Origin: a virus
Taxonomy: Duplodnaviria; Caudoviricetes
IMG/VR virus record: IMGVR_UViG_3300023055_000119
Span: 1-54,648 of that record
Reading direction: 5' to 3' (one strand)
Length of the DNA stretch: 54,648 bases
Shown here: piece by piece, positions 27,930 to 36,034 of the stretch
Position numbering within the stretch: position 1 is the stretch's first letter
Layout: every line of letters begins with the position of its first letter
Notes under the pieces: model-generated
Told to the model about the DNA's origin: nothing
Seen by the model: the letters and a program-made list of their open reading frames with translations, nothing else
The model's database searches: none
Made by a program: the position numbers and the translations under genes

Positions 27930-29325
27930 TCAGCGGGTCCTTATCGTTTAGCTTTTTGTTTGGGTCAGGCGTCGATGGTGCCTTGCGTGGTTCAAGTTCA
28001 CCGACGGTGCGCACCTCGTTTTCGTCAATCGCTGGCGTGCCAAATGCCTGCTGCGTGTCTTTCGCTACAGAGGCCATTGCCTGCATATTGGCGATCTTCT
28101 CTTTCTCGCTTGGTGCGAGTAAATCTGACCATGCCAGAGTGACCTCGCCGGATGTCGGCGCATCGATGACACCAATTTTCCAGAAGCGCTCCAGCAGCAT
28201 TTGCACGACGGCCGTCTGGAATCCCCAGCGGCGACCGTTGCAGCGCTTGGCCCAATCGGTTTTATCCTCATCGGAGGCAAGTCGTCCGGTCTGCTGACCA
28301 AACAGTATGGTGAACGGACACTGTATTGAAGATGAAAACTCATTGGCCGTAACCGTCCAGCTTGGCGCCGGGTCGGCTGCTGCGACTGACAGAACCGATG
28401 TGGTGCCCGATTGGGTGACGAGTGCCGAATCAGTACCGCGATTCAGCTTCATCATCTTATCGTTCATCGCTTCGCCGAGGTCTTTGTACCCTGCCTTGGT
28501 AGCCATGTCAGCCAGAGTTTTCATGTCTGTCTGCGCGTCGAAGCTGATGCCTAACTGGCGGCTGGCGTTCTTCAGGAAGCCTTCAGCGCTACCACCGGAT
28601 ATCTTTTCGAGGTCCAGCAACTTGTTGTAGCCCGCACGGAGTAATGGCACGCCGGAAAGCATGTTTTCATCTTCCGAGCCTTCACACAGGATGATGACGC
28701 GATCGGGATGAACCGTAACGCTGCGGACAGGACCGTACGTGCCATCGTCACCAACTGGCTGCTCATTAAACTGGTAGTTAACCGGTTCGCCGTAGGTTTC
28801 CGACATGGTATCTGTGTCGAAGTTGCCAGGCTTAATCTGCGATTCCCAAACCGGAATGAGTTTGACGATCGCCTTATCACGTAACCGCTTTACAACGGCC
28901 GTATCTACCGGCTCTTTCCACTCGCGACCATCTTTGAACTGGATGAGCAGCGCAGAATACCGGCCTACCAGATTGCGGCGGTCAGCATCTTTGATTTTCG
29001 CCCAGTGCTTGCTCAGCAGCTTGGTTGCCGACTTCTCCCACGGCGTGGTTTCGGTCGACTCTTTGTTCTCGTCACCGTCGATAATCGTCGGCTTATCCGT
29101 CCAGCATGATTCCAGCAGCTTATGCACGGCGGCATAGGCTACTGGGTTACGCTCATAGGCGCGGTAATACTGATCGAATCCAAGTTCGTCGGGATAGCCG
29201 AACTCCTCATACAGTTTTGTGCGCTTTGTGTTGCCATTTCTGGCGCCATACATCATGCGCTGGCGGCCCACAGCATCAGCGAGGGCGTTCACAAGGAATT
29301 GCTCCCCGTTGCTTAGTTCACTCAC
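27868..29325 (-). CDS. Portal protein (DUF1073-like)
   Basis: Directly after the terminase; VHPDRVI, P.TILFGQQTG. Confidence 0.8.
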   Translation of the reverse strand: MSELSNGEQFLVNALADAVGRQRMMYGARNGNTKRTKLYEEFGYPDELGFDQYYRAYERNPVAYAAVHKLLESCWTDKPTIIDGDENKESTETTPWEKSATKLLSKHWAKIKDADRRNLVGRYSALLIQFKDGREWKEPVDTAVVKRLRDKAIVKLIPVWESQIKPGNFDTDTMSETYGEPVNYQFNEQPVGDDGTYGPVRSVTVHPDRVIILCEGSEDENMLSGVPLLRAGYNKLLDLEKISGGSAEGFLKNASRQLGISFDAQTDMKTLADMATKAGYKDLGEAMNDKMMKLNRGTDSALVTQSGTTSVLSVAAADPAPSWTVTANEFSSSIQCPFTILFGQQTGRLASDEDKTDWAKRCNGRRWGFQTAVVQMLLERFWKIGVIDAPTSGEVTLAWSDLLAPSEKEKIANMQAMASVAKDTQQAFGTPAIDENEVRTVGELEPRKAPSTPDPNKKLNDKDPLNDDDASEKPNRNTDNSPQQS

Positions 29326-29336
29326 TGATGAGCTCC

Positions 29337-30809
29337 TTAGAAGAATATTGCGCCGGTCTGTTTGTGGTTGGTCTTCGCTACAGCAAAGTAGCGGAACGCA
29401 TCAGCACCGTGCGATGTGAAGTCGTGCAGTGGTTTATCTTTCCAGCAGCCGCGCTTGTCGTCCCACTCCTTGCGGTACCCCTCAAGGTGAGAGATTCCCA
29501 GCTCGCATTTAGCGGAGTCGAAGGCGCATTTAGGGAGGATTTCTCGCACTGAATCGATGCCGGTATCAACGCCAAGCTTTGGCGCGACCTTAAAGCGAAT
29601 TGAGTAAACCTGCCCGTCGATTTCGAAGCCTTCAGCCGCTATCTGCTTGCGGCTTTTACCATCGCCAGCAAATTCACGGTTATCGATATCGTGTGGCGCC
29701 CAATGGTCACCGTATTCATAGCCGCGGTCTTTCAGCACCTTCATGTAGTGGCGCAAGCCTTCGCCGCTGTTCTCGTAATAGTCGATGACGTGGAATTCAT
29801 CACCAACCTCACGCACGAACCAGATTGCGGTGGAGTCGCCTACACCGATATCCCAGAACGTGTGAACGAGCTGGTGAGAGTTGTCCGGCAATTCACCAAC
29901 GCGCTTGTTGGTATAGAGCCAGCGGAACTGCTTAGCGTAGTAAGCGCCCTCAACAGACTGTTCAAACGCTTCAGCCGGTATCGATGGATACTCGCGCTTC
30001 ATGTCGTCGCCGAGCGTCTTCTCTTTGGCGTAATACCACGCCTTCTGGCGCTCGTTCAGGGTGATGCCTTGCTTCGCCTCGATATCATCAAAATAATCGG
30101 TGAGGCGCTGCGGGAGTGGCTCTACCTGGTCGATTGCATAGAGTGGATTCTTCCACCAGGAGAAGAAGAAAAACTTCCAGTCGAGGTTAGAAAGCTGCTT
30201 ACCCTGCAACTGAGCTTTCTCAGCAGTCTGGCAATAGTCGAAGAAGTAACTCGCGCGACCTTCAGCTGTGCTCTCGATAGTGGTGAAACAATCGCTTGAT
30301 ACCGCCTCAAACGCACCGGTGACAATCTCACGCGCTTTATCAGGAAACTTGGCGCATATCTTCCCGAACTCGGAAACGTGCAGGAAGCGCAGCGTGCCGC
30401 CGCGGAATGACGTGCTGACGTAGAGTGAGCCGCCCTTTTTGAATACCAGCTCACCCGCTGAATCATTGCTTGCCGGGTTGGCAGCTCTGATTTCTATCGG
30501 CAGCCGGTCGTAGGCGTATTTCACCTTTTCGCGAAACAGGCGCTTGGCATCGTTCAGGGTGTGGGCGATCAGTGCGCACTTCGCAGCCTCGAACAATGCA
30601 GCATCCAGCTGAATAATGCAGACCTCAGTCGTGAAGCCGAGCTGGCGCGCTTTCAGGATGATGTTGCGGGTGTGCATGCCTTCGAAGTATTCGAGCTGCT
30701 CCGGCGTCATTTTGAATCGTACCGGCTTGCCTTCTTTGTCGGTGATCCAGTAGAGGTTATTCAGGCGCCAGAGCTTGTCACGCAGAAGTGCGATGTGTTC
30801 TGGCTTCAT
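29337..30809 (-). CDS. Terminase large subunit
   Basis: Walker A LKARQLGFTT, Walker B LHVSE, WDIG..DST nuclease, HGADAFRY. Confidence 0.92.
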   Translation of the reverse strand: MKPEHIALLRDKLWRLNNLYWITDKEGKPVRFKMTPEQLEYFEGMHTRNIILKARQLGFTTEVCIIQLDAALFEAAKCALIAHTLNDAKRLFREKVKYAYDRLPIEIRAANPASNDSAGELVFKKGGSLYVSTSFRGGTLRFLHVSEFGKICAKFPDKAREIVTGAFEAVSSDCFTTIESTAEGRASYFFDYCQTAEKAQLQGKQLSNLDWKFFFFSWWKNPLYAIDQVEPLPQRLTDYFDDIEAKQGITLNERQKAWYYAKEKTLGDDMKREYPSIPAEAFEQSVEGAYYAKQFRWLYTNKRVGELPDNSHQLVHTFWDIGVGDSTAIWFVREVGDEFHVIDYYENSGEGLRHYMKVLKDRGYEYGDHWAPHDIDNREFAGDGKSRKQIAAEGFEIDGQVYSIRFKVAPKLGVDTGIDSVREILPKCAFDSAKCELGISHLEGYRKEWDDKRGCWKDKPLHDFTSHGADAFRYFAVAKTNHKQTGAIFF

Positions 30810-30811
30810 GA

Positions 30812-31411
30812 TTACCCCTTGGCTAAATCATCCATCAGATCGGAAAGCTTCTTCGTTGACTCGTCGCCGGTTGGGCCGTCGATATCGTATGCCTGTCTCT
30901 CAAGGCCAATCAGCGTTTTGAGGGTGTCGGATAAATCTTTCATCGACTTCACTCGCCCTGGCATGCTGATGACCTTGTGATAAATTTCGCTCAGCTTGTC
31001 ATATCCGTTATCGTCAGGCTCATGCATCAGCTCGCCAAGCTGATGAAGCGCCGGCACGTCTGCGCACTCAGCCTCAAGCTCACCAAACAATGAGCTGGCA
31101 ATGTTACGGGCGCGGCGGATGTCGCCACGATGTTCCATGCGGACGTTGGCGATCACCTCGGCGTTAGCCTCAATCAGTATCCGCTCGTTGGTAGCCGTTT
31201 CGGTGGATACCTGTCTGGATACCTCGCGTTTGGATACCAGAGCATCGGCCTTGGCTTTTATCTTAGCCTTAAGGTCTCGCTCCCACCCATCCCGCTTGGC
31301 ACGCTTATTAACGGCCCCATGGGTTATGCCATGCTGTGAAGCTATTTCGCGGATAGACATCAAACCGGCCCGGTAAGCCGATTCGATGGCTTCCCAGTCT
31401 GGTGATGCCAT
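30812..31411 (-). CDS. Terminase small subunit
   Basis: N-terminal HTH (DWEAIE..YRAG..SIREIA) upstream of the large subunit. Confidence 0.8.
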   Translation of the reverse strand: MASPDWEAIESAYRAGLMSIREIASQHGITHGAVNKRAKRDGWERDLKAKIKAKADALVSKREVSRQVSTETATNERILIEANAEVIANVRMEHRGDIRRARNIASSLFGELEAECADVPALHQLGELMHEPDDNGYDKLSEIYHKVISMPGRVKSMKDLSDTLKTLIGLERQAYDIDGPTGDESTKKLSDLMDDLAKG

Positions 31412-31436
31412 AATTTTTTCTCTGAACGGAGGTTAG

Positions 31437-31682
31437 ATGACTACTACTTACTTACAAGCAGCAGCAATTTTATTTGGCTTCGTTGGAAGCTTCGTTATGT
31501 TTTCAAACGGTCACGTGCTTAAGCCATATCCAGGAGGAATGTTTGCACCCGATAACTACGATGAAATTGCGAAGCAGATAACAAAGGATAATAAGCGCAT
31601 TGTTTTCATGCAGCGTTTCGGGATGTTGTTTCTTTGCGTGAGCTTTGGCCTGCAGGGGGCTGCTCTATACCTTTCAACTTGA
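31437..31682 (+). CDS. Two-TM moron protein, opposite strand to the late operon
   Basis: GGAGG SD; two hydrophobic segments. Confidence 0.65.
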   Translation: MTTTYLQAAAILFGFVGSFVMFSNGHVLKPYPGGMFAPDNYDEIAKQITKDNKRIVFMQRFGMLFLCVSFGLQGAALYLST

Positions 31683-31865
31683 TTCGGTTGCCTCAGGCAT
31701 GTACTCCATCTTGAGCACGTCATCTGGCGCGAGGTATACCCAAGCGCCATCTTCCTGAGCAACACCAATGAAGCCGTTTACGATTTCAGGTTGTGAGCGA
31801 TTCATCAGGCCAATGTGGGTTTCGCCTGACTTGGTGGTTACTGTGATGCGGTAGGTATCAGACAT
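31674..31865 (-). CDS. Small hypothetical phage protein
   Basis: GGAG SD; 63 aa. Confidence 0.6.
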   Translation of the reverse strand: MSDTYRITVTTKSGETHIGLMNRSQPEIVNGFIGVAQEDGAWVYLAPDDVLKMEYMPEATESS

Positions 31866-31992
31866 TATCACTCCAACTAAATCACGTTATATTTCAAACG
31901 GCTGAAAAATAATTTCATAAAGTGCCTGTTTTTCGGCCGAGGCTTCTACTCAAAACACTAATTACTTGCTCTATCTAAAATTGGAGCAGGTA

Positions 31993-32130
31993 ATGAAACC
32001 TCTTATCGCAATATTTTTAGTCTTATTGATTGTCGTGTCTTTCGTTATTATTCCGGTAGAAAAGCTGGATAAAATCATACAAATTCTGCGTTATATACTC
32101 TTAATAATTAATGAGTTATCGCGAAAATAG
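31993..32130 (+). CDS. 45-aa hydrophobic peptide MKPLIAIFLVLLIVVSFVIIPVEKLDKIIQILRYILLIINELSRK (not in ORF track)
   Basis: GGAG SD, AT-rich, ends before the hairpin at 32151-32188. Confidence 0.55.
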   Translation: MKPLIAIFLVLLIVVSFVIIPVEKLDKIIQILRYILLIINELSRK

Positions 32131-32150
32131 TAGAACAATTTTCTATCCAA

Positions 32151-32188
32151 CCATCATCAGGCGCACTCGCAAATGCGCCTTGTGATGG
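32151..32188. terminator. Hairpin between the convergent moron and the rha-like gene
   Basis: CCATCA..AGGCGCA-N8-TGCGCCT..TGATGG. Confidence 0.6.
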
Positions 32189-32728
32189 TCACTTTGGTAA
32201 GCCTGGAATGGTGATTTGCCCGTGCTGGTCGATTCGCTCAATACGCGCGAGCAGCTGCGGCTTCTTCACCCTTCCCCAGCGGTTCAGCAACCGGCCTGAC
32301 ATGCTGGCAACATCTTTCTCTTTCATGAACTCAAGTACGGCTGCATTTCGCTCTGCTTCAAGGTTTGCTACGCCCTGACGGATCATGTCGGTCATCCAAT
32401 TGAATGCGGCTATGTATGCCTCTTTGAATGCCATTGCAGCCTTACCGGTAAAGCTGAATACCAGCATAGTCCAGCCATCACGCGTCATCTGGTAGAAAGG
32501 CTGCGGCTTACCGTTCTGTAACTCATTGTTTTCATGGCAAAGCGTAAAATTGCGCTCTGCAAATTCGGTTGAGCACTGGCTGATGACGGCGCGGGTTTTA
32601 CGCAGCACGTCTTTGTGATCCTTCCCAAACGCTAGCGCCACTTTGAAAGTGTCAGTTGATGACTCCGCGCCGGTCAGAAATACCAGCTCACGGAAGTCCA
32701 TGCCATTCACTACAGTTGGATATGTCAT
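32189..32728 (-). CDS. Rha-family phage regulatory protein
   Basis: VA..FGK.HKDVLR, Y.MTRDG...LV..FTG..A..FKEAYI.AFN. Confidence 0.88.
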   Translation of the reverse strand: MTYPTVVNGMDFRELVFLTGAESSTDTFKVALAFGKDHKDVLRKTRAVISQCSTEFAERNFTLCHENNELQNGKPQPFYQMTRDGWTMLVFSFTGKAAMAFKEAYIAAFNWMTDMIRQGVANLEAERNAAVLEFMKEKDVASMSGRLLNRWGRVKKPQLLARIERIDQHGQITIPGLPK

Positions 32729-32750
32729 TGCGATCTACCTTTTAGAAAGT

Positions 32751-32855
32751 GAGCCTGTCTCACAGAAAAGCCGCCCGAGAGAGGTCGCCACCTATAACGG
32801 CTGTTCTCAGGCTCGCTTACTGAAAGGCTCTCGTTGAATTGCGCGTGAGATGCGC
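32751..32855 (-). ncRNA. Candidate structured leader RNA upstream of the rha-like gene
   Basis: GAGCCUG/CAGGCUC, AGAA/UUCU and AGCCG/CGGCU stems plus two possible long-range pairings. Confidence 0.55.
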
Positions 32856-32900
32856 GGTATGAAATTAAGCTGCAATAACTGACCACTATGGGGCAGTTAT

Positions 32901-32925
32901 AAAAAAGCCCCGCTATTGCGAGGCT
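32901..32925 (-). terminator. Terminator after the spanin genes
   Basis: AGCCTCGC-aata-GCGGGGCT followed by a T run. Confidence 0.75.
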
Positions 32926-32928
32926 GGG

Positions 32929-33378
32929 TTACTTCAGGCACTGCTCGGTGATGTACTGCTGTAGCGCGGCTATTTTTGACTGGTCGTTTTTGATTCCGGC
33001 TCTGATACCGAGAACGTTTCGTCCAGCAATGTCAGAGAGTTCGACGGTGGCTCCATTGTCCACGCTGGCGGGTCCGGCGGTTTGCTTCTGACAGTTACCG
33101 GCGACGAGCACCCGGCCACCGCGATCAAGCTTGCGCTGCAAAGCATCATTTTCAGCTTTCGCACTTGCTAGCTCCTTCGTGTATTTCGCATCGAGTGCAG
33201 CAACATCGCGCTGGCGCACCTGCATGTCATTAATCGTCTGCTGACGTTCAGTAGCCTGGCTTTCTGCGGTGATGTATTTGTCATGGTAATGACTGGCAAG
33301 CTTCGCCATCCCGACGCAAGAGATAATCAGCGCCGCGGCGGCAATCACTTTCCAGTTATCAGCTAACCACTTCATCAT
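32929..33378 (-). CDS. i-spanin (Rz-like)
   Basis: N-terminal TM; RQRDVAALDAKYTKELA, LQQYI.EQCL. Confidence 0.9.
   Translation of the reverse strand: MMKWLADNWKVIAAAALIISCVGMAKLASHYHDKYITAESQATERQQTINDMQVRQRDVAALDAKYTKELASAKAENDALQRKLDRGGRVLVAGNCQKQTAGPASVDNGATVELSDIAGRNVLGIRAGIKNDQSKIAALQQYITEQCLK
32970..33164 (-). CDS. o-spanin (Rz1-like) lipoprotein embedded in Rz
   Basis: Lipobox VAGC, Pro-rich PPDPPAWTMEPPSN, different frame. Confidence 0.88.
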   Translation of the reverse strand: MRKLKMMLCSASLIAVAGCSSPVTVRSKPPDPPAWTMEPPSNSLTLLDETFSVSEPESKTTSQK

Positions 33379-33776
33379 TCACCTGCCGGGGCTGCCTGGA
33401 TAATTACCCTGTTGCCATCCTTCTTGCCCTTTTCAACTGCGCTCGGATCGATAGCGATTGAGCACTGCTTACTGGAGCGGAGGAATTCGTTTTCTTTCTG
33501 GAGTGAATTGGCTCGCGTCTCAGCCGTTGACCGGCGGCGGGTTTCTTCATCCAGTGTCTTAGCCAGGCTGTCGAGGCGCTTGGTGATCGGCTCCATCTGG
33601 TCAGCGAACTTCATGTTGCGTTCGTTAGCCAGGAGGAACTGCTCACGCAGGCGGTTGTTACGTTCAGTCAAATAGGCGTTGTCATACCAGAGCTTAACTA
33701 CGAAGCTGATGATGATTGCCGCAAACAGCGCCGGTATGAATCGGCGGTAGCGGGCCATTCTTGCTTTACCTGTCAT
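33375..33776 (-). CDS. Extra TM plus coiled-coil protein in the lysis cassette (spanin-like)
   Basis: ATGA overlaps at both ends; start corrected to MTGKARM. Confidence 0.65.
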   Translation of the reverse strand: MTGKARMARYRRFIPALFAAIIISFVVKLWYDNAYLTERNNRLREQFLLANERNMKFADQMEPITKRLDSLAKTLDEETRRRSTAETRANSLQKENEFLRSSKQCSIAIDPSAVEKGKKDGNRVIIQAAPAGE

Positions 33777-34402
33777 AGGAGCACCTGCAAAGCTTTGTCT
33801 GTGCGAGCGCGGCGGTCGGCTAATCCGTTGAATCCACCATTGACGGTTTTCGTTAGCCCGTTGAGATCGCCTTTGTCTGCGTACTGATTGCAGTTGTTGG
33901 CCTTCCAGAACCAACCGGCAGAGCGTGCCGCATTGGCACCCTGAAGCAGCATGTCAGGGTTATCTGCCAGTGGGAGATTTAATGCCTTGCCACATGCAAG
34001 ATAGTTAGCGAGGAAAGTGACCTGTTTCAAACCACGGCCGCGATACTTCCAGCCATCGCCATTCAGGTTATTGCCGTAGCGCCCACCGTAAACGAGATTG
34101 GCGATCGCCGCCTGACGTTCTGGCGACAATGCTGATTCACCGGGTTTACGCCCAAGCTGCTGGCGCTGTGCATCGGTAAGTCGCGTGCCGAAAATCTTCA
34201 GGCCTTCAACGCTGTAGTTCAGGCTTTCTTTCACCTGCGTGAAGCCATTGGACTCAGTACCGATTTGCCCGATGAAATACGCCTGGCGCTTTGCCGTGTC
34301 GATGCCGAACTCTTTCATTGCCGCGGCTATATGCGGGTACCACTTATCAGCCAGCGCATCATTGATGCCGGCGGCTGCTTTGAACTGGTCACGGGTAATC
34401 AT
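33773..34402 (-). CDS. Glycoside hydrolase family 19 endolysin
   Basis: A.FIGQ.G.ES..F...ESLNYS, DGWKYRGRG..QVT...NY, NGG.NGL.DR. Confidence 0.92.
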   Translation of the reverse strand: MITRDQFKAAAGINDALADKWYPHIAAAMKEFGIDTAKRQAYFIGQIGTESNGFTQVKESLNYSVEGLKIFGTRLTDAQRQQLGRKPGESALSPERQAAIANLVYGGRYGNNLNGDGWKYRGRGLKQVTFLANYLACGKALNLPLADNPDMLLQGANAARSAGWFWKANNCNQYADKGDLNGLTKTVNGGFNGLADRRARTDKALQVLL

Positions 34403-34722
34403 TCGGCAACTCCCGCATCACCTGCAGCTTTTTGCAGGAAACGCTTTTCAAGTGCTTTGATCAGAGATGAGCCAGACCAGCCAGCCATGCCGCAGATTGC
34501 ACCGGTTACTTCCTGAGGCCACGCCCAGTAGGTAGCGAGCAGCATCATCAGGAAGCCAGCGAATATGGATACGATTAGCTGCAGGCAGAGCGTGCGCCAG
34601 CTGAAGGCGTCACCACTGAGAACTTTGTAGGCATATGCAGCCACCGCGCCGAGTACAGTCATGCCCAGCGCAATCAGCGTGGCAATAAAGCCCGGATCGG
34701 ATTTGTAAGGCATACGTTTCAT
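34399..34722 (-). CDS. Holin with M-K-R-M dual-start motif
   Basis: Three TMs, charged C-terminus, upstream of the endolysin; ATGs at 34722 and 34713. Confidence 0.82.
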   Translation of the reverse strand: MKRMPYKSDPGFIATLIALGMTVLGAVAAYAYKVLSGDAFSWRTLCLQLIVSIFAGFLMMLLATYWAWPQEVTGAICGMAGWSGSSLIKALEKRFLQKAAGDAGVAE

Positions 34723-34850
34723 TTCCACCCCCGCGTAGGGGACTTGTCCAAATAGGAATTGTCTAAATGTTGAACAGGACAAGCCCGGGTAAACTTCATC
34801 TTGTCGATAGAAGAAGTTCCGCCTTGCGCCGTTGGGTAGCCAATAAGAAA

Positions 34851-34877
34851 TAATCCGCCTGAGTGCGGATTTTTTTA
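34851..34877 (+). terminator. Terminator oriented antisense to the late transcript
   Basis: AATCCGC-ctgagt-GCGGATT followed by a T run on the plus strand. Confidence 0.65.
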
Positions 34878-35009
34878 TGCATAAAAGACGCCCGATGCCA
34901 CACAGGATAACGAGTGAGTTTGAAATGGCTGGCATGGGCGAAAGAAGTGATCAGCTCTATGGCTGACCTTTAATCTCAGGCAATCGCAAAAGTGCCTGAT
35001 TTTGAGATT

Positions 35010-35114
35010 TGGTTGCTGGATGCCGCAGTTTCGAACCGTCCAGCGCGGAAGCCTCATGACCCATCAGCGGCGTTGGTTCCCGCGCTCCGTTAGGATACGC
35101 AGGGCATTCCAGCT
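35010..35114 (-). ncRNA. tRNA-like four-way-junction RNA with T-loop and 3' ACCA; not a canonical tRNA
   Basis: GCUGGA-A-UGCC / GGCA-UCCAGC closing stem, 12-bp central stem, CGG-UUCGAAA-CUG, ends ACCA. Confidence 0.5.
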
Positions 35115-35136
35115 GGCTGCCAGAATCCAGAAAAAC

Positions 35137-35220
35137 AAAAAGCCCCATCGGTTAAGACGGGGCTTTCGGCCTGATATGCGAGATGAATGATTGGACTAAA
35201 GAACAATACACATCAGGCGA
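35137..35220 (-). ncRNA. Candidate ~85-nt sRNA with its own promoter and terminator
   Basis: TTGACA(35254-35249)-N17-TAAAAA with extended TG; GCCUGAUGUG/CAUAUCAGGC stem; terminator AAAGCCCC..GGGGCUUUUU. Confidence 0.6.
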
Positions 35221-35260
35221 TTCACTTTTTACAAAAACTTTTTTCGGGTGTCAATATCGC

Positions 35261-35296
35261 AAAAAAGCCCCGTTAGCTGGTGAGGCTACGAGGCTC
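35261..35296 (-). terminator. tR'-like terminator
   Basis: AGCCTCGTAGC..GCTAACGGGGCT followed by a T run, downstream of the pR'-like promoter. Confidence 0.7.
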
Positions 35297-35349
35297 TTTA
35301 ACTATCTCACTGTGATAGAAATTGTTCTTACTCACTTACTTCTGACGCG

Positions 35350-35378
35350 AGTATAGCAGAAATCTACCAGGTCCAATT
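35350..35378 (-). promoter_or_regulatory. Late promoter pR'-like
   Basis: Extended -10 TGcTATACT just downstream of the Q-like gene. Confidence 0.6.
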
Positions 35379-35422
35379 GACGTTTGCAAGAGGTTGCAAG
35401 ATATTTTTGCGTACTTTCGCAT

Positions 35423-36034
35423 TTACGCAGCAATATCTAGCTTTTTAGACTCGATTTCTGACTTGATCCCGTCAAGAACAGCTGCCTCCAATAGCTGCCT
35501 ACACCAACGAACTCTGGTCTTACTATTCTCAATATGCATTCCTGACACCTTACTGATGTATTCCGCGATATCTTGCGCGCATTTGCGTTCACAGTAGTAT
35601 TTAATTGCAACTTGTCGGATCGGATTGCTGGGCGCAAAGATTCGGCACATAACGGTTTCAACTAAGTCTGCATCTTCTTGCTCGTTGGCGCGTTCAAGGA
35701 GATTGCCGACACTGTTTTGCGGATTGATCATTTGCCATGCTTTAACGAACAATTCATTTCCGCTGTATCCCTGTTCGCTCAGGTTATTTATCACATCGAG
35801 GATCGCACTTGATTCCCTGTCATTCCATTCCTTGCGAATCATCAGCCGCCCAAGGATGTTTATGGCACCTGCCGGGCCTTCATAACCACCATACTTAGCA
35901 CCCCACGCATCAAGCATGCATCGCACCCATGCAGATTGAAGTGGTGTGATGAGCTTTACAGGCGGTAGGTATCGCTTTTTAAGTTCTGACTTGCGCATTA
36001 TCTGCGCCAGTTGAGCGAGTGCGTCACTGTGCAT
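35423..36034 (-). CDS. Late antiterminator Q-like protein
   Basis: Position between nin genes and the late promoter; L..WG and C-terminal HTH (IA.YI....RVRW). Confidence 0.7.
   Translation of the reverse strand: MHSDALAQLAQIMRKSELKKRYLPPVKLITPLQSAWVRCMLDAWGAKYGGYEGPAGAINILGRLMIRKEWNDRESSAILDVINNLSEQGYSGNELFVKAWQMINPQNSVGNLLERANEQEDADLVETVMCRIFAPSNPIRQVAIKYYCERKCAQDIAEYISKVSGMHIENSKTRVRWCRQLLEAAVLDGIKSEIESKKLDIAA
35573..35605 (+). promoter_or_regulatory. paQ-like CII-activated antisense promoter
   Basis: TTGC-N6-TTGC then 13 nt to TTTAAT, inside and antisense to Q. Confidence 0.55.

Noticed and set aside
27868-29325. Anti-CBASS Acb1 label that DUF1073-like proteins sometimes receive
   Set aside because: Size and position between terminase and minor head gene fit a portal protein
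16771-31411. Many plus-strand ORFs antisense to structural genes
   Set aside because: Shadow ORFs of the coding strand with no SD or recognisable motifs
34723-34935. N-terminal extension of the holin ORF (178 aa)
   Set aside because: It runs through leader hairpins; the SD and dual-start motif place the start at 34722
35010-35114. Canonical tRNA gene
   Set aside because: No 7-nt anticodon loop, a 3-bp T stem and an over-long acceptor stem; kept only as a tRNA-like candidate
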